Virus record (IMG/VR): IMGVR_UViG_3300042508_000428
Strand: one strand, 5' to 3'
From: a virus
DNA: 64,000 nt
The position numbers were made by a program, and so were the translations under genes. The first letter of the stretch is position 1. Each line of letters opens with the position of its first letter. The notes under the pieces were generated by a model. The model was given only the letters and a program-made list of their open reading frames with translations. It searched no databases and was not told the origin of the DNA. Below are positions 10,993 through 22,083 of the stretch, piece by piece.

Positions 10993-13900
10993 TGAGTATA
11001 AAAGACCTCTGGCAAAAACAAAAAGAAAACAAACTTTCTGTAAAAACAATTAATTCACAGAATTCTCAAGAATTCTTTAATGAAGTTGAATCACCAGATT
11101 ATGTAACTCAATATCAAAAAAGCATTAATTTATATCTCCAAGATGTTAATTTTGCTACAGCATCAAACTTTGCAAGATTTGGATCGGCAAGAAAATATTA
11201 TGAAAATTTAACTACAAGAATAACAGAAACATATACTGGCAAAGATGTTTATTATCCATATGATGGATCAAAAGCAAAACAATTAGAATTTGAAAATAAT
11301 TTAAATCCATATGAAAAATATATATTTCTTTACGAGTATCCAAGATCAACTGGATATGTTGAGTTCGGTAGAACGTGGGATGCGGTAGGGTCAGGGGTCA
11401 GTGGATTCGGCGCAACAAATACACCAGAGTATATTAAATTTTTTAATCAAAATAACGATAATATATACGATCCAGACAATGGACTTAGAGAAAATACTAG
11501 ATTTATTCCAGAATCTGGAAGTACAATAGAATTTTGGATGAAAAAAAATGCTTTTCCAAATTCAGCGACACAAACTGCTAAAGAATGTATTTTTTATACA
11601 AAAACATATGATTCTGATAAACTTTTAATAATTTATATAGATCAAGCGGTTAATACAGGTTCTTTTGTTATAAATTATAAATATTCTAATCTTGGAACTT
11701 CAGATCTAATTTATGTATCAAGCAGTCTTTCTACTCTTGCTGATTCTAATTGGCATCATCATGCTTTCGTATTTAGTACCTCTTCTGGAAAAACTAGCAT
11801 AGATTATTATTTAGATGGTGTTTATAGGAATACAAATTCTACTTCAACTACTTCTTTAACTTACAGTTTAACAGGATCATGCCTCAACGCGATCGGTGCG
11901 TTAGGCGGTAAGATAACTTCTGCTGGATCTGATTTGATTGGGTATGGTAAATTATCTGGATCAATTGATGAATTTAGATTTTGGAATACAAAAAGAAATG
12001 CAAAACAAATTGGTTTAAATTATTTTACTACTATTGGTGGCGGAAATAATGTAATTAATAATTCTAGTATTGGAATATATTACAAATTTAATGAAGGAAT
12101 ATATGGAGATTCTTCTGTGGATTCCGTGATTTTAGATTATGCAGGTGGAAATTGTAACGGACAATTTGTGGGTTATAATTCTAACTCTAGAAACACAGGT
12201 TCTGCCATAACTTCTACTCAAGATAACCCAGAACTTGGAACTCCCATATTGAGATATGGTGATCCGTTGGTTCAAACATTTTTAACAGAAAAATTGTATT
12301 ATGCTGATGAACATGATTTTACAAATAATTTTATGTTAAAAAACTCAATCCCATCATGGATCCTAGATCAGGATAATGATAATGGTGGAACATTAGTTAA
12401 TTTTCTTCAAACAATTGCAAGTTATTTAGATACTTTATATCTTCAAATAAAAACACAAAAAGATCTAAAAAATAAAGATTATTTAAATTACGAAGGTAAG
12501 GCTCCACCCTTTTCAGATTTATTGCTAACATCGGCAGGGTTTGATTTACCATCTCTATTTTTAAATACAGATATTGTACAATCTTTACTAAATCAAGATT
12601 CTAAAAAAACATACAACGAAAGTATAAATGATTTGAAAAATATTATTTATAAAAACATATATAATAATTTGGAATTGTTATATAAATCAAAAGGAACAGA
12701 AAATTCTATAAAGCAATTGATTAAAAATTTTGGTGTAAATCAAGATATTTTTTCATTAAATATTTATTCTAACAATACTCAATATGAGTTAGAAAATAAT
12801 TTTGTTAATAAATCAATTAAAAAAGATTATATAGATTTTACACCATTTTCTTCTTCGATAAATTCAACCGCAGTCGTCTACCAAATAAATACAGAGTCCG
12901 GTACTTCTCCATTTATAACTGGTACACTAAATAATCAATTGTCTTTTACTGCAGAGTGTGATGTTGTTATACCAAGTTTCCCTAAAAATTATGATTATTT
13001 ACAATATAAAACATTAACTTGGAATACTTCCTCCGTATTTGGCATTAGAACCGCTGGACCAGGAACAGTAGGACTAGGTGGAATAACATATGATACAATT
13101 GTACCATCTGGGGACCCTGCTGGATTAAAGGTTAGGTTTATCTACAGAGATAACAAAGGATATTTTTCTTTAAATTATCCTTCCGCAAGTGTAACATTAA
13201 CTTCATCTATTTTTGAAGATATAACAACAGATCAACATTGGAATTTATCTGTAAGATTAAAACCAGTTTATACTGGAAGTAGTTATGTATTAGAGTTTGC
13301 TGGTTATTCTAATTTTGTTTCAGATAATTTTAGATCCTTTTCTGTTTCCTCTAGTTTACCATCTACGAGTGGTTCTTTGTTACTCTCGACAAGCAAAAGA
13401 CTTTATGTTGGAGCAGAAAGAGATGATGTGACAGGATCTTTGGTATATAAATCTTTAATAAAAGGTTTGTCTGCTAAATACTGGGCAGATTATTTAACAG
13501 CGGAAGAACTAAAAGAACACGCAAAGAATCCAAACAATTATGGTCGTTTACAACCATATGAACCATACACATTAGCAACCTCAAGTTATATTCCAAAATC
13601 CGAAACACTTTTGTTACACTGGGATTTTACAAATGTTACTTCCAGTAATTCAAATGGAAATATAAATTTAATTTATGATTTAACAAGTGGAAATACTTTT
13701 GGAAATTCATACGCCAATACTCCGTTAGAATATTTAGTTGGGAGAAGATATGACGGAAAAGGTTATGGTTTTAACCCCAGTTCAACAATTAAAAATTATG
13801 AATTAGTATATTCTTCCGAGCAACAATCACCAGAAAATGTTTATTCCAATCAATTAGTTAATATTCTAGCAACCGATGATGATTATTATACAACTGCAAT

Positions 13901-14591
13901 AAGACCACAAAAATATTTTTTCTCTTTAGAAAACAGTATGTATGATGTAATATCAAAGAACATGTTAAATATGTTTGCATCAATTGTAGAATTTAATAAT
14001 TTTATTGGTGAGCCTGGAAATTTGTATAAAGCACAATATTCAAAACTTAAATTTTTCAGAAAAATATTCTTTGATAAAGCTTCAAACACACCAGATTTAG
14101 ATAAGTATGTTGGTATTTATAAATGGCTTGATGATGCATTAGATAGTATTTTGTTTAATTTAATACCCGCTTCTGCAAACGCTAATGATAAAATTAGAAC
14201 AATGGTGGAGAATCACGTTCTAGAAAGAAGCAAAATTCAATTGCATTTACTGCCAGACGAAGGAACAAATATTGTAGGAGGCAATACTCCAAATCCTGGT
14301 AATGCTAATGCGGTATTGCCTCCTCCCGGTTCCTCAATTAATATAACTCCGCTTCCTCCAATTTTTTTACCAGAGATTCCAATACCAGGAAAGCAACCTA
14401 AAAAGAGAGGATATGCCCAACCAAAAAATAAAAAGATTGATTATGTAGATGTTAGTGGATTGATACCTGCAGAAGGTTCATTCATAACTCTATATGAAAT
14501 TCCATCATCTTTTATATCATATTTGTCCTTTAATAAAAGAACGAGAGAGCAGAAAAAAACTATATCAGCTAGAATAGGAAGAGGAAGATGA
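10992..14591 (+). CDS. Baseplate wedge protein (gp7/P2-gpI-like) with LamG/concanavalin-like domain
   Basis: LYKSKGTENSIKQLIKNFG motif of gp7/gpI-like wedge proteins; LamG-type signatures STIEFWMK, NWHHHAFVF, YYLDGV, GSIDEFRFWN, YYKFNEG; Pro/Lys-rich C-terminus. Confidence 0.65.
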   Translation: MSIKDLWQKQKENKLSVKTINSQNSQEFFNEVESPDYVTQYQKSINLYLQDVNFATASNFARFGSARKYYENLTTRITETYTGKDVYYPYDGSKAKQLEFENNLNPYEKYIFLYEYPRSTGYVEFGRTWDAVGSGVSGFGATNTPEYIKFFNQNNDNIYDPDNGLRENTRFIPESGSTIEFWMKKNAFPNSATQTAKECIFYTKTYDSDKLLIIYIDQAVNTGSFVINYKYSNLGTSDLIYVSSSLSTLADSNWHHHAFVFSTSSGKTSIDYYLDGVYRNTNSTSTTSLTYSLTGSCLNAIGALGGKITSAGSDLIGYGKLSGSIDEFRFWNTKRNAKQIGLNYFTTIGGGNNVINNSSIGIYYKFNEGIYGDSSVDSVILDYAGGNCNGQFVGYNSNSRNTGSAITSTQDNPELGTPILRYGDPLVQTFLTEKLYYADEHDFTNNFMLKNSIPSWILDQDNDNGGTLVNFLQTIASYLDTLYLQIKTQKDLKNKDYLNYEGKAPPFSDLLLTSAGFDLPSLFLNTDIVQSLLNQDSKKTYNESINDLKNIIYKNIYNNLELLYKSKGTENSIKQLIKNFGVNQDIFSLNIYSNNTQYELENNFVNKSIKKDYIDFTPFSSSINSTAVVYQINTESGTSPFITGTLNNQLSFTAECDVVIPSFPKNYDYLQYKTLTWNTSSVFGIRTAGPGTVGLGGITYDTIVPSGDPAGLKVRFIYRDNKGYFSLNYPSASVTLTSSIFEDITTDQHWNLSVRLKPVYTGSSYVLEFAGYSNFVSDNFRSFSVSSSLPSTSGSLLLSTSKRLYVGAERDDVTGSLVYKSLIKGLSAKYWADYLTAEELKEHAKNPNNYGRLQPYEPYTLATSSYIPKSETLLLHWDFTNVTSSNSNGNINLIYDLTSGNTFGNSYANTPLEYLVGRRYDGKGYGFNPSSTIKNYELVYSSEQQSPENVYSNQLVNILATDDDYYTTAIRPQKYFFSLENSMYDVISKNMLNMFASIVEFNNFIGEPGNLYKAQYSKLKFFRKIFFDKASNTPDLDKYVGIYKWLDDALDSILFNLIPASANANDKIRTMVENHVLERSKIQLHLLPDEGTNIVGGNTPNPGNANAVLPPPGSSINITPLPPIFLPEIPIPGKQPKKRGYAQPKNKKIDYVDVSGLIPAEGSFITLYEIPSSFISYLSFNKRTREQKKTISARIGRGR

Positions 14592-17500
14592 AAAAGTTTG
14601 TTTTTAGAAGCAATAAATATAACGTCACTCATCAAGACCTTCAAAGAGGAATTGAGGATCGTGGGTATATAGATTCAAATCCTATTACCGATAGTGAGAC
14701 AAACCCTTTAAGTAAATGGAAAAAATATCAAGGCGAGAGAGACGATACAAATTTGTTTGTTTCTTCTAGCAACAATATTTCAAGAATTCAAATCCATCAA
14801 GCAATAAATAGATTGTATGATAGTTTGGAGTTTGGTCAAGTTAATGTAAGTGTAGATGTTGATCCAACATATAAGGTTGGATACAATTATAATAAACAAA
14901 AGTTTTTTAATTATGTTGAAGAGTATTTAGTTCAAAACCCATCAGAAACTTTGGCATTTGTAAAAGATCCTCAGCAATTTTTAGTAACTATTCCAGGATT
15001 AAATGTTAAAAATATTCTTGTTTATCAAGGTGGAAGTAACAAAACAAATACAACACTTCCTTTTTTAAAAACAAACACTGGAGACATTGTTGGTCATCAT
15101 AAAGATGGACAATTTGAGAGAGGTTTACAAGGACCATTTACAGAAGCAAATGTTGGTGGTTACAAACATAGACACCAGAGAGTTGGCAACACAACTGATA
15201 GACCAGAAAGATTTAAAATAACAGATGACGGTACAACAATTACTTTTTCCTCCCCTATTAGCGGAAATACAAACGCTCCATATGCTAGATTTAGTAGAGA
15301 AGGATTTACAAAATCTGTTGTTAATATTGCCAATATAAGAGCAACAGGATCCTTCGCTTTGGGAAATTTTCAAAGAAACTATGAAGTAGTCAGCGGGCTA
15401 CATAGAAGAGCACAAAACCTAGCATTAGTTGATCGTCCACAAAACTTTCAACAAAGAGCAATAGAAAATCCTCTTTTAACAGGATCTTCTGATTATGCTA
15501 TACCAGATAGAACCTTATTGGATGGAACTTATAATAAAACAGTTTTTGTGAACAAGTTTGGAGCGCCAGGAGATTCAAAATCATCTACTCCAATTCATAT
15601 GGATTTTGATTCGGAAGAATATTCAGTATATAACACGGTTAATTATAGAAATATATCTGGAAGATTGTTTTTAAAGAAGAATTTGTCAACTGGTTCATAT
15701 TTTGGAGGATATATATCTGGTTCTTATGGAATTACAACCTCCTATAATAAAACGCAGAGAAACAATAGAAGAATACCAATTTCCGGTACAACACAATTTA
15801 AGTTAAGACCAGATAATACATTTTTTAGTTACGGAATTCCCGCAAGAGATGGTGGATATTCTTGGATATTAAATTATACAACAGGCGGAAATAATCCAGG
15901 ACTTTATATAAATGGAGTTGATAATGATATAAACTTCATTACATCGTCAATTGATGGGAATTATTTTACAAATCTGTCAAGTAGTTATGTAACTTTTACA
16001 ACATCTTCTGTTTCTTTAAATACTTCAACTAATAATGTTTTAAGGAAGTTTAATGTTCAATTTAGTGGAATGTGGAAATTTACTCCAAAAAAACAATTAT
16101 CGCAAAATTATAATCCAATAATTGTTAGAAACAAAGCAAGAAATTATTTTGTTGATTATGTTCCGGATCCACAAACGAATACAAGACAAGATATTCGTTT
16201 TAAAGATTCTTTTATAAAAGATAAACATACAAACATTGTTAATGTTTATGTTGATGAAAACGGAAACGAAGAAAGATTGTCTTTACCATTTGGTCAAGAA
16301 TATGGATCATTAACTTCAGATTTTTATAGAGTCGAAACAGATCAAAATATTAATATATATAAAGACTACAGAAACATCAGACAATCAGATAAATCAAAAT
16401 CTTTATTTGCAAAACTATTCAAATTTGATAGATATACAAAAAAGAATAATTTAAATATTAAAAAAATTAAATCAATTATTCATGAAGAAAAAATTTATCC
16501 AAGAAGTCAAAATGTTTATAGAGATATTGCCAGAGTCAGAAACAATTATTCTAGTAAATGGGCAGATAATTTAGATAATAGATTGACAGAATTAACAAAT
16601 AGTCAAGGTCAAGTTTATGTAAGAACCGCTTTCTTAAACAAAGACAGTGGTGGAACAGAATATAAATTTAGTTATTGGCCAATGGATGCTAATGAGGATC
16701 CAACTTTTACTGGAGCGATCGTAAGAGATAAATCTGGTGAATTAATACAATTAGATAACATTAATTTTTATTTCAGCGCTTATGGTGTTAACCCTGGTTT
16801 AATCGTTCCATCTGGATCATATTATGGAGCAAGATTCGGTAGAAACTGGAATCGTAATCGACCAGCGAATGTTGTTCATGAACAAGCAGGCAGAGGACCG
16901 TTTAAAAATTCATATGAGCAGTTTTACTCGGATATTAAATTGATTGGTCAAGACTGTTCGGTGGTTCCAGAATACAGAATCAGTCCAAGACTAGACACAT
17001 TTTATAGTAGCAACATTTCATATTATAGTGATACATTTAATTCTTTAGAATTAACTGGAACAGTTGTTGAAGATGCAAGTTTGGCAATATCAACAAGTTC
17101 CGCTTTCTTGGAACAGAGAGTCAATTCCGACTATATTGATTTAAATGAATATCTCAATAAAGAACTAACAGAATTTAAATTAAACACGATTAAATTAAAA
17201 GTTAAAGGGATTAAGAAATTTTTGCCATATGATGGATTTTATCCACAGCAAAGAATGTTGCAATTGGCAAGTCAATTTTCTTCATCTTATAATGGATTGT
17301 TTACGTTGTTTGGCGTTCAATCAACATTTAGAACCGCTCTAACTCCATTCTACGCTCCAGGAATTGGATTCAATTCCATTAAAGCAGGAATGGGTATGCC
17401 ATTTAATGTTGCTACGGCAAGTATCGGATCAAACCCTTTTTCTGACATAACAAGCAGTATTGATTCTGCAAGTTTATTTTATCATAAATTACCTTGGGAT

Positions 17501-19447
17501 TCTATTTTATATCCTTATAAAAGATTGCAAGAAATATCTGGATTAAAGATAGTTGATATTGATCCTGATATGCCAATAAATTCAACGGCAAGTATCAATA
17601 GCAATAATTCGTCAACTACTCAAATAAAATACAACCTTGCCTATGATTATATGGCAAACAACTACTACTCAGAAGTAATAGATTTTTTTAAAGACTCTGG
17701 GAACTTATCGTCATTAAAATCAAGACCAAGCAATCAATGGTATTTTCCTGATATTTCAAAAAGATATGCAATGGACATTGTTATACTAAAACAAGGTTTG
17801 TACACGACATATTCTTCACATGAGAATTTTGGTCCAAAACCATATGGATTTCACGCTCCACCATGGAACTTTGCAGATCTATCAAATGCAACAACACCTG
17901 GATATAACTCAGATGTTTCTGAGTCGCCAAATAGTTTTAGAATCTCTGGACAAACATACGCTCAGATCATTTTTGATCCGCAATCTCTTGCAGTTGGTGA
18001 TCTCGATTATTATTTGAAAGGCAAGTTTAACATTGGAGATGTTTTAAGAAACAGTACTGTGAGTTATACTTCTTTTATGCTCGGGAACAATACATCATCT
18101 GCAACAGTTCAAATAAACGATCTTGTTGATCTGTTTTCTGTATCCGCAGATGGTTTAACTTGGCAACCACAAGTTAAATGGGAGTGCCCAACTGCTGACT
18201 TAAATTTCTATGCTCTTTCGGCAAAACTAACCAACTCTTCTGGAAATGATAGTGGAGGTGGTTCTAATGGTGATGCAATTAGAGGTATTTGGCATCAATA
18301 TGCTTCATTGTCTAACAATAATGATGGTCTTTTCTTGTCTGTAAGAAACTCAAATGTTAATACAGATTTAACGGGTTCGTTATTGGACGTTGTCGGATTT
18401 GACAAATCTGCTAGAACAAAAATAGGAAAGATTGCCTCCTCCAGGGTAATAAGTGAAACATTACTTGTCATTCCTTATTATCTAAATGATTGTGGCGAAG
18501 AAAAATATTTCGACATTGATATTGACACGTTTGAAAGATTATATACAACAAATACTGGTATAGTTGGAGAAATGAAGTTAATTTCAAGAAATTATGTTTT
18601 GCCTCCACAGATGGATTTTATAAGATTAAGAGATCAAACTAGAAGAAGATTAGAAAAACCAGACTATGGTAGTATTAAATCTCCATTTATAATGTTCCCA
18701 TTTGAGTTTAAGGCAACATTAACACAACAAGATCTTGCAGACATTTGGCAAGGAGTTTTGCCAACTTCAGCAGATGTTGCAGAAGTCGATTACCAAGAAA
18801 AAGAATTCTTCATAGGAAATTATCTAAAAGATTTAAATTATAAATTACCAGATAATACAAGATTTAAAGTCTTTAAAGTTAAAAAGAGAGCAGTTGTAAA
18901 CTATGAAGAAATCAATTACAAGTCTCTTGGATACGCTTATTCTGATACAAGTTATGGATATAATTGGCCTTACGACTTCTTCTCTTTACTGGAGATGGCA
19001 GAAGTTAGAGCAGAAATGACATATGGAACAGAGACCAAAGAAGATACAAGCAAAGTTGATATAAGTGACATTACAACACAACAGGTACAAACTATTTTAG
19101 AGAGATCTTCTATTTTGGGAACAGTATCACCAGAGGTTGCTTCTGTTTTACAAAGAGAGATTGGAACGCTAGGAGTTATTTCAGACTCTGAAGGTGTAGA
19201 TGCTACCGCAAGATTAAGAACTGGTTTAACATTGTCTACTGCAGATACAGTATTGGGATCGGCAGATTTATCAACAAACGTTGCTACGACTACAATTGGT
19301 AGAACAATAGATATTACAGGAACAACTCTCAACACGAATGGCGGTTCAACAAGTACGTTCATGCCGACATCAACAAATTCTGGTGGTTCAACGACAACGT
19401 TTATGCCAACTTCTACAACAGACACGGGAACAAATACTAGCGGGTGA
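14588..19447 (+). CDS. Very large putative virion structural protein
   Basis: 1619-aa intact ORF overlapping previous stop; Thr/Ser-rich C-terminal tail; no family recognised. Confidence 0.45.
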   Translation: MKKFVFRSNKYNVTHQDLQRGIEDRGYIDSNPITDSETNPLSKWKKYQGERDDTNLFVSSSNNISRIQIHQAINRLYDSLEFGQVNVSVDVDPTYKVGYNYNKQKFFNYVEEYLVQNPSETLAFVKDPQQFLVTIPGLNVKNILVYQGGSNKTNTTLPFLKTNTGDIVGHHKDGQFERGLQGPFTEANVGGYKHRHQRVGNTTDRPERFKITDDGTTITFSSPISGNTNAPYARFSREGFTKSVVNIANIRATGSFALGNFQRNYEVVSGLHRRAQNLALVDRPQNFQQRAIENPLLTGSSDYAIPDRTLLDGTYNKTVFVNKFGAPGDSKSSTPIHMDFDSEEYSVYNTVNYRNISGRLFLKKNLSTGSYFGGYISGSYGITTSYNKTQRNNRRIPISGTTQFKLRPDNTFFSYGIPARDGGYSWILNYTTGGNNPGLYINGVDNDINFITSSIDGNYFTNLSSSYVTFTTSSVSLNTSTNNVLRKFNVQFSGMWKFTPKKQLSQNYNPIIVRNKARNYFVDYVPDPQTNTRQDIRFKDSFIKDKHTNIVNVYVDENGNEERLSLPFGQEYGSLTSDFYRVETDQNINIYKDYRNIRQSDKSKSLFAKLFKFDRYTKKNNLNIKKIKSIIHEEKIYPRSQNVYRDIARVRNNYSSKWADNLDNRLTELTNSQGQVYVRTAFLNKDSGGTEYKFSYWPMDANEDPTFTGAIVRDKSGELIQLDNINFYFSAYGVNPGLIVPSGSYYGARFGRNWNRNRPANVVHEQAGRGPFKNSYEQFYSDIKLIGQDCSVVPEYRISPRLDTFYSSNISYYSDTFNSLELTGTVVEDASLAISTSSAFLEQRVNSDYIDLNEYLNKELTEFKLNTIKLKVKGIKKFLPYDGFYPQQRMLQLASQFSSSYNGLFTLFGVQSTFRTALTPFYAPGIGFNSIKAGMGMPFNVATASIGSNPFSDITSSIDSASLFYHKLPWDSILYPYKRLQEISGLKIVDIDPDMPINSTASINSNNSSTTQIKYNLAYDYMANNYYSEVIDFFKDSGNLSSLKSRPSNQWYFPDISKRYAMDIVILKQGLYTTYSSHENFGPKPYGFHAPPWNFADLSNATTPGYNSDVSESPNSFRISGQTYAQIIFDPQSLAVGDLDYYLKGKFNIGDVLRNSTVSYTSFMLGNNTSSATVQINDLVDLFSVSADGLTWQPQVKWECPTADLNFYALSAKLTNSSGNDSGGGSNGDAIRGIWHQYASLSNNNDGLFLSVRNSNVNTDLTGSLLDVVGFDKSARTKIGKIASSRVISETLLVIPYYLNDCGEEKYFDIDIDTFERLYTTNTGIVGEMKLISRNYVLPPQMDFIRLRDQTRRRLEKPDYGSIKSPFIMFPFEFKATLTQQDLADIWQGVLPTSADVAEVDYQEKEFFIGNYLKDLNYKLPDNTRFKVFKVKKRAVVNYEEINYKSLGYAYSDTSYGYNWPYDFFSLLEMAEVRAEMTYGTETKEDTSKVDISDITTQQVQTILERSSILGTVSPEVASVLQREIGTLGVISDSEGVDATARLRTGLTLSTADTVLGSADLSTNVATTTIGRTIDITGTTLNTNGGSTSTFMPTSTNSGGSTTTFMPTSTTDTGTNTSG
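19340..19417 (+). repeat. Imperfect 42-bp tandem duplication (GGSTSTFMPTSTNS / GGSTTTFMPTST)
   Basis: ggcggttcaacaagtacgttcatgccgacatcaaca at 19340 and ggtggttcaacgacaacgtttatgccaacttctaca at 19382. Confidence 0.85.
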
Positions 19448-19470
19448 TCTAATTATTTTAGGGAATCATA

Positions 19471-20847
19471 ATGGAATTTTTTAATAAAAAAGAAGAGGTA
19501 TTAGAAATAGTTTTAACCCAAAAAGGGAGAGAACTATATTCACAGGGAAAGTTTAAACCTACTTATTATTCTTTTCACGACACCGACATTACATATGATA
19601 ATGCATCCGGGGAAGAGCAGAATGATATTGTTTCAAGAATAAAAGATACCCCAACATTAAAGTCCATAGTTGGATTACAGAATCCTATTACATCGTTTAT
19701 AGATTATGCTTCTAACAAGAATAAACAAAAAGAGTTTGTTTTAAAGAATGAGATAGGATCTAAAACATTAGGCGATCAATATGCTCCATCCTGGAATTTG
19801 AAATTTTTAAAAACACCACCGTTTCAGTGGTATGGAACAAGCAGAGATCAAATAACAGATAATAAAAAATATCAATTAAATTTTAGCTCAAGTATTGATT
19901 TTGATAAAAGTTCACAAGAACTAATACCACAATTTAATATTCAAACTCTGTATCAAGTTTATGATGTAGATGATTTAACTCAAAACAAGTTTTCCATTCA
20001 ATTTCCTAAACAAGATTATTCTTTAAGTGGATTTTATTCTTTTGTAGCGAAAGAATTGGGAACAAAAGTCTCTTCAAGCGATAAGCCATTTATACAATTC
20101 ATACCAAAAAAAGTAAAAAAGAAATTTGGGTTCTCAGAGATTGAAGTAATAGAATATGATACGATAATAACTCCCACTAATCTTTTTGGATTTCCATCAG
20201 AAGAAAAAGAAATTTTTGGATCAAAAATAAAAACTTATAAAATATTTAATAAATCTTTAAAAATGGATTTATTTTTTTCTATATCACAATTTGAACAAGA
20301 ACTAAAAAATCTTTATGATGCTTCTATATTTGTTTTAACAAAATTGTTTAATGAACTTTTTCCTTTACAATTACAAACTACAGAAGAGTTTGTTAAATTA
20401 ATGAAAGATGGGTTTAGTACAGATTATAATTATGATTACGAACAAATTAAACAATTAAGCAAATCACTGATGAATGTTAGTTTTATTATTGATACATTTA
20501 AAATGTCAAGCATAGACGGGATTAATGTTGAATTTTATAATAGCAAAGATCAAGCAATAAAAATGCAAATTCCTAAATATGATATCCTAAAAAGCATGTG
20601 GTTGGTCAGAGATCCAAAACTTTTAATTGATTTTCAGGAATTAAACGCATATGAAACAAATGAAGAAAGTTTATATGAATTAAAATATTATGAGATTTTA
20701 AATAATTCTGGTTTATATAAAAAACTAAATACAGATGAGATTAGAGAATATGTTAGTATTTCTTTTGATTCTGTTGCTGATTTAGAAAATAAGCAATTAA
20801 CTAGAAATATATATGATACTAATTCGGCGGACGATACAACATGCTAA
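19471..20847 (+). CDS. Putative baseplate/tail-fibre attachment protein
   Basis: N-terminus EIVLTQKGRELYSQGKFKPTYYSFHDTDITYD resembles N-terminus of ORF 24457. Confidence 0.45.
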   Translation: MEFFNKKEEVLEIVLTQKGRELYSQGKFKPTYYSFHDTDITYDNASGEEQNDIVSRIKDTPTLKSIVGLQNPITSFIDYASNKNKQKEFVLKNEIGSKTLGDQYAPSWNLKFLKTPPFQWYGTSRDQITDNKKYQLNFSSSIDFDKSSQELIPQFNIQTLYQVYDVDDLTQNKFSIQFPKQDYSLSGFYSFVAKELGTKVSSSDKPFIQFIPKKVKKKFGFSEIEVIEYDTIITPTNLFGFPSEEKEIFGSKIKTYKIFNKSLKMDLFFSISQFEQELKNLYDASIFVLTKLFNELFPLQLQTTEEFVKLMKDGFSTDYNYDYEQIKQLSKSLMNVSFIIDTFKMSSIDGINVEFYNSKDQAIKMQIPKYDILKSMWLVRDPKLLIDFQELNAYETNEESLYELKYYEILNNSGLYKKLNTDEIREYVSISFDSVADLENKQLTRNIYDTNSADDTTC

Positions 20848-22076
20848 ACCTTTTTGATCAAAACAAAGTATATTATGATAATTTCAGTTATTATTTTGAT
20901 AGAGGTCAAAATTTAAATGTAATATTTTCTTTTAATTTCTATAAATTTATTTTAGATAATGTTCCAAACTCTACTATAGACTTTGCTTTATTAAACAAAG
21001 ACAGGTATTCTATAAAAGTTTTTTTGACAAAAGAAAATCAATTTAAAAATTACATAGAACTTTTTGATTCTTATACCAAAGTAAACTTAACAACAACACC
21101 ATTTTTCGTAGACACATATTTTTGTTCAAAAAGAGTTTCAAATCTAAGTGGAAATTATAGAGTAATGGTTAAAATTAGTTATGGTTCTATAGAATCAGAT
21201 TATCTTAATTATGAGATACCGCTTTCAATACAAAATTCTTCCAAGCTTAATAATCTTAAATATGAAAAAATTATAAATGAACCAAAATATGCATTTTTTG
21301 AACAAAAATCTAATAATGTAGAAAATCAATATATGTTCATGTCGGAAGATATTAATATAAATTTGAAAGATAAATATATTTACAACTTATACGATATATA
21401 TTCCAACAATATTACATATAACAATTTATCTAGTTATTTATCATCTTTAGAAGTGAATAGAGGCATAAAATACGATGGTTCTCTTACCACCAACAATTAT
21501 TATGACCAAGAACAAAAACCACTTGATTTTAATTTCATAAATAATTCCGGAGATAAAACAAATTATACAAATTTAGTAACAAAAATATTTCAGAATTCTT
21601 TACAAGAAAAACAATATAAAGAAATTTGTTATTCAAATAATCTATTTATACAAACTTCTAAGAACGATAGAAACAGAAAAGAATCAATTAAATCATACGA
21701 AGTTCTTGCTGGATCGCTCACGTCTACGGCATGTGAAAATGATTTATTCAACGAATATTCAAAAAAATCTGAAATTTTAAGTTCTGATATTCTTATGTTG
21801 TCTTTTTATTATGACAACATTTATAACTTGAGTATAAATGATTTTTGGAAAGACGATATAACACTATTACCTGTTTATGTTTTAGATGTTAAAACAAAAT
21901 ATAAAATGTATTATATGTCTAGTTTATTACCAGATAGTATGACACAAAATTGGAATTTGTTGGACAGGACAACTTTAGAAAATCTTACTAGTGGAAATTA
22001 TTTATGCAAGATAGTTAATGATGAGATATATCTCACAAATTTGTTAATGGAAAATTATTTTATCTTAAATAAGTGA
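20841..22076 (+). CDS. Hypothetical protein
   Basis: 411-aa Asn/Tyr-rich ORF in operon. Confidence 0.45.
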   Translation: MLNLFDQNKVYYDNFSYYFDRGQNLNVIFSFNFYKFILDNVPNSTIDFALLNKDRYSIKVFLTKENQFKNYIELFDSYTKVNLTTTPFFVDTYFCSKRVSNLSGNYRVMVKISYGSIESDYLNYEIPLSIQNSSKLNNLKYEKIINEPKYAFFEQKSNNVENQYMFMSEDININLKDKYIYNLYDIYSNNITYNNLSSYLSSLEVNRGIKYDGSLTTNNYYDQEQKPLDFNFINNSGDKTNYTNLVTKIFQNSLQEKQYKEICYSNNLFIQTSKNDRNRKESIKSYEVLAGSLTSTACENDLFNEYSKKSEILSSDILMLSFYYDNIYNLSINDFWKDDITLLPVYVLDVKTKYKMYYMSSLLPDSMTQNWNLLDRTTLENLTSGNYLCKIVNDEIYLTNLLMENYFILNK

Positions 22077-22083
22077 AAAAAGA

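Noticed and set aside
18970-19425. Minus-strand 151-aa ORF
   Set aside because: Shadow of the Thr/Ser low-complexity tail of 14588..19447; no SD or motif.
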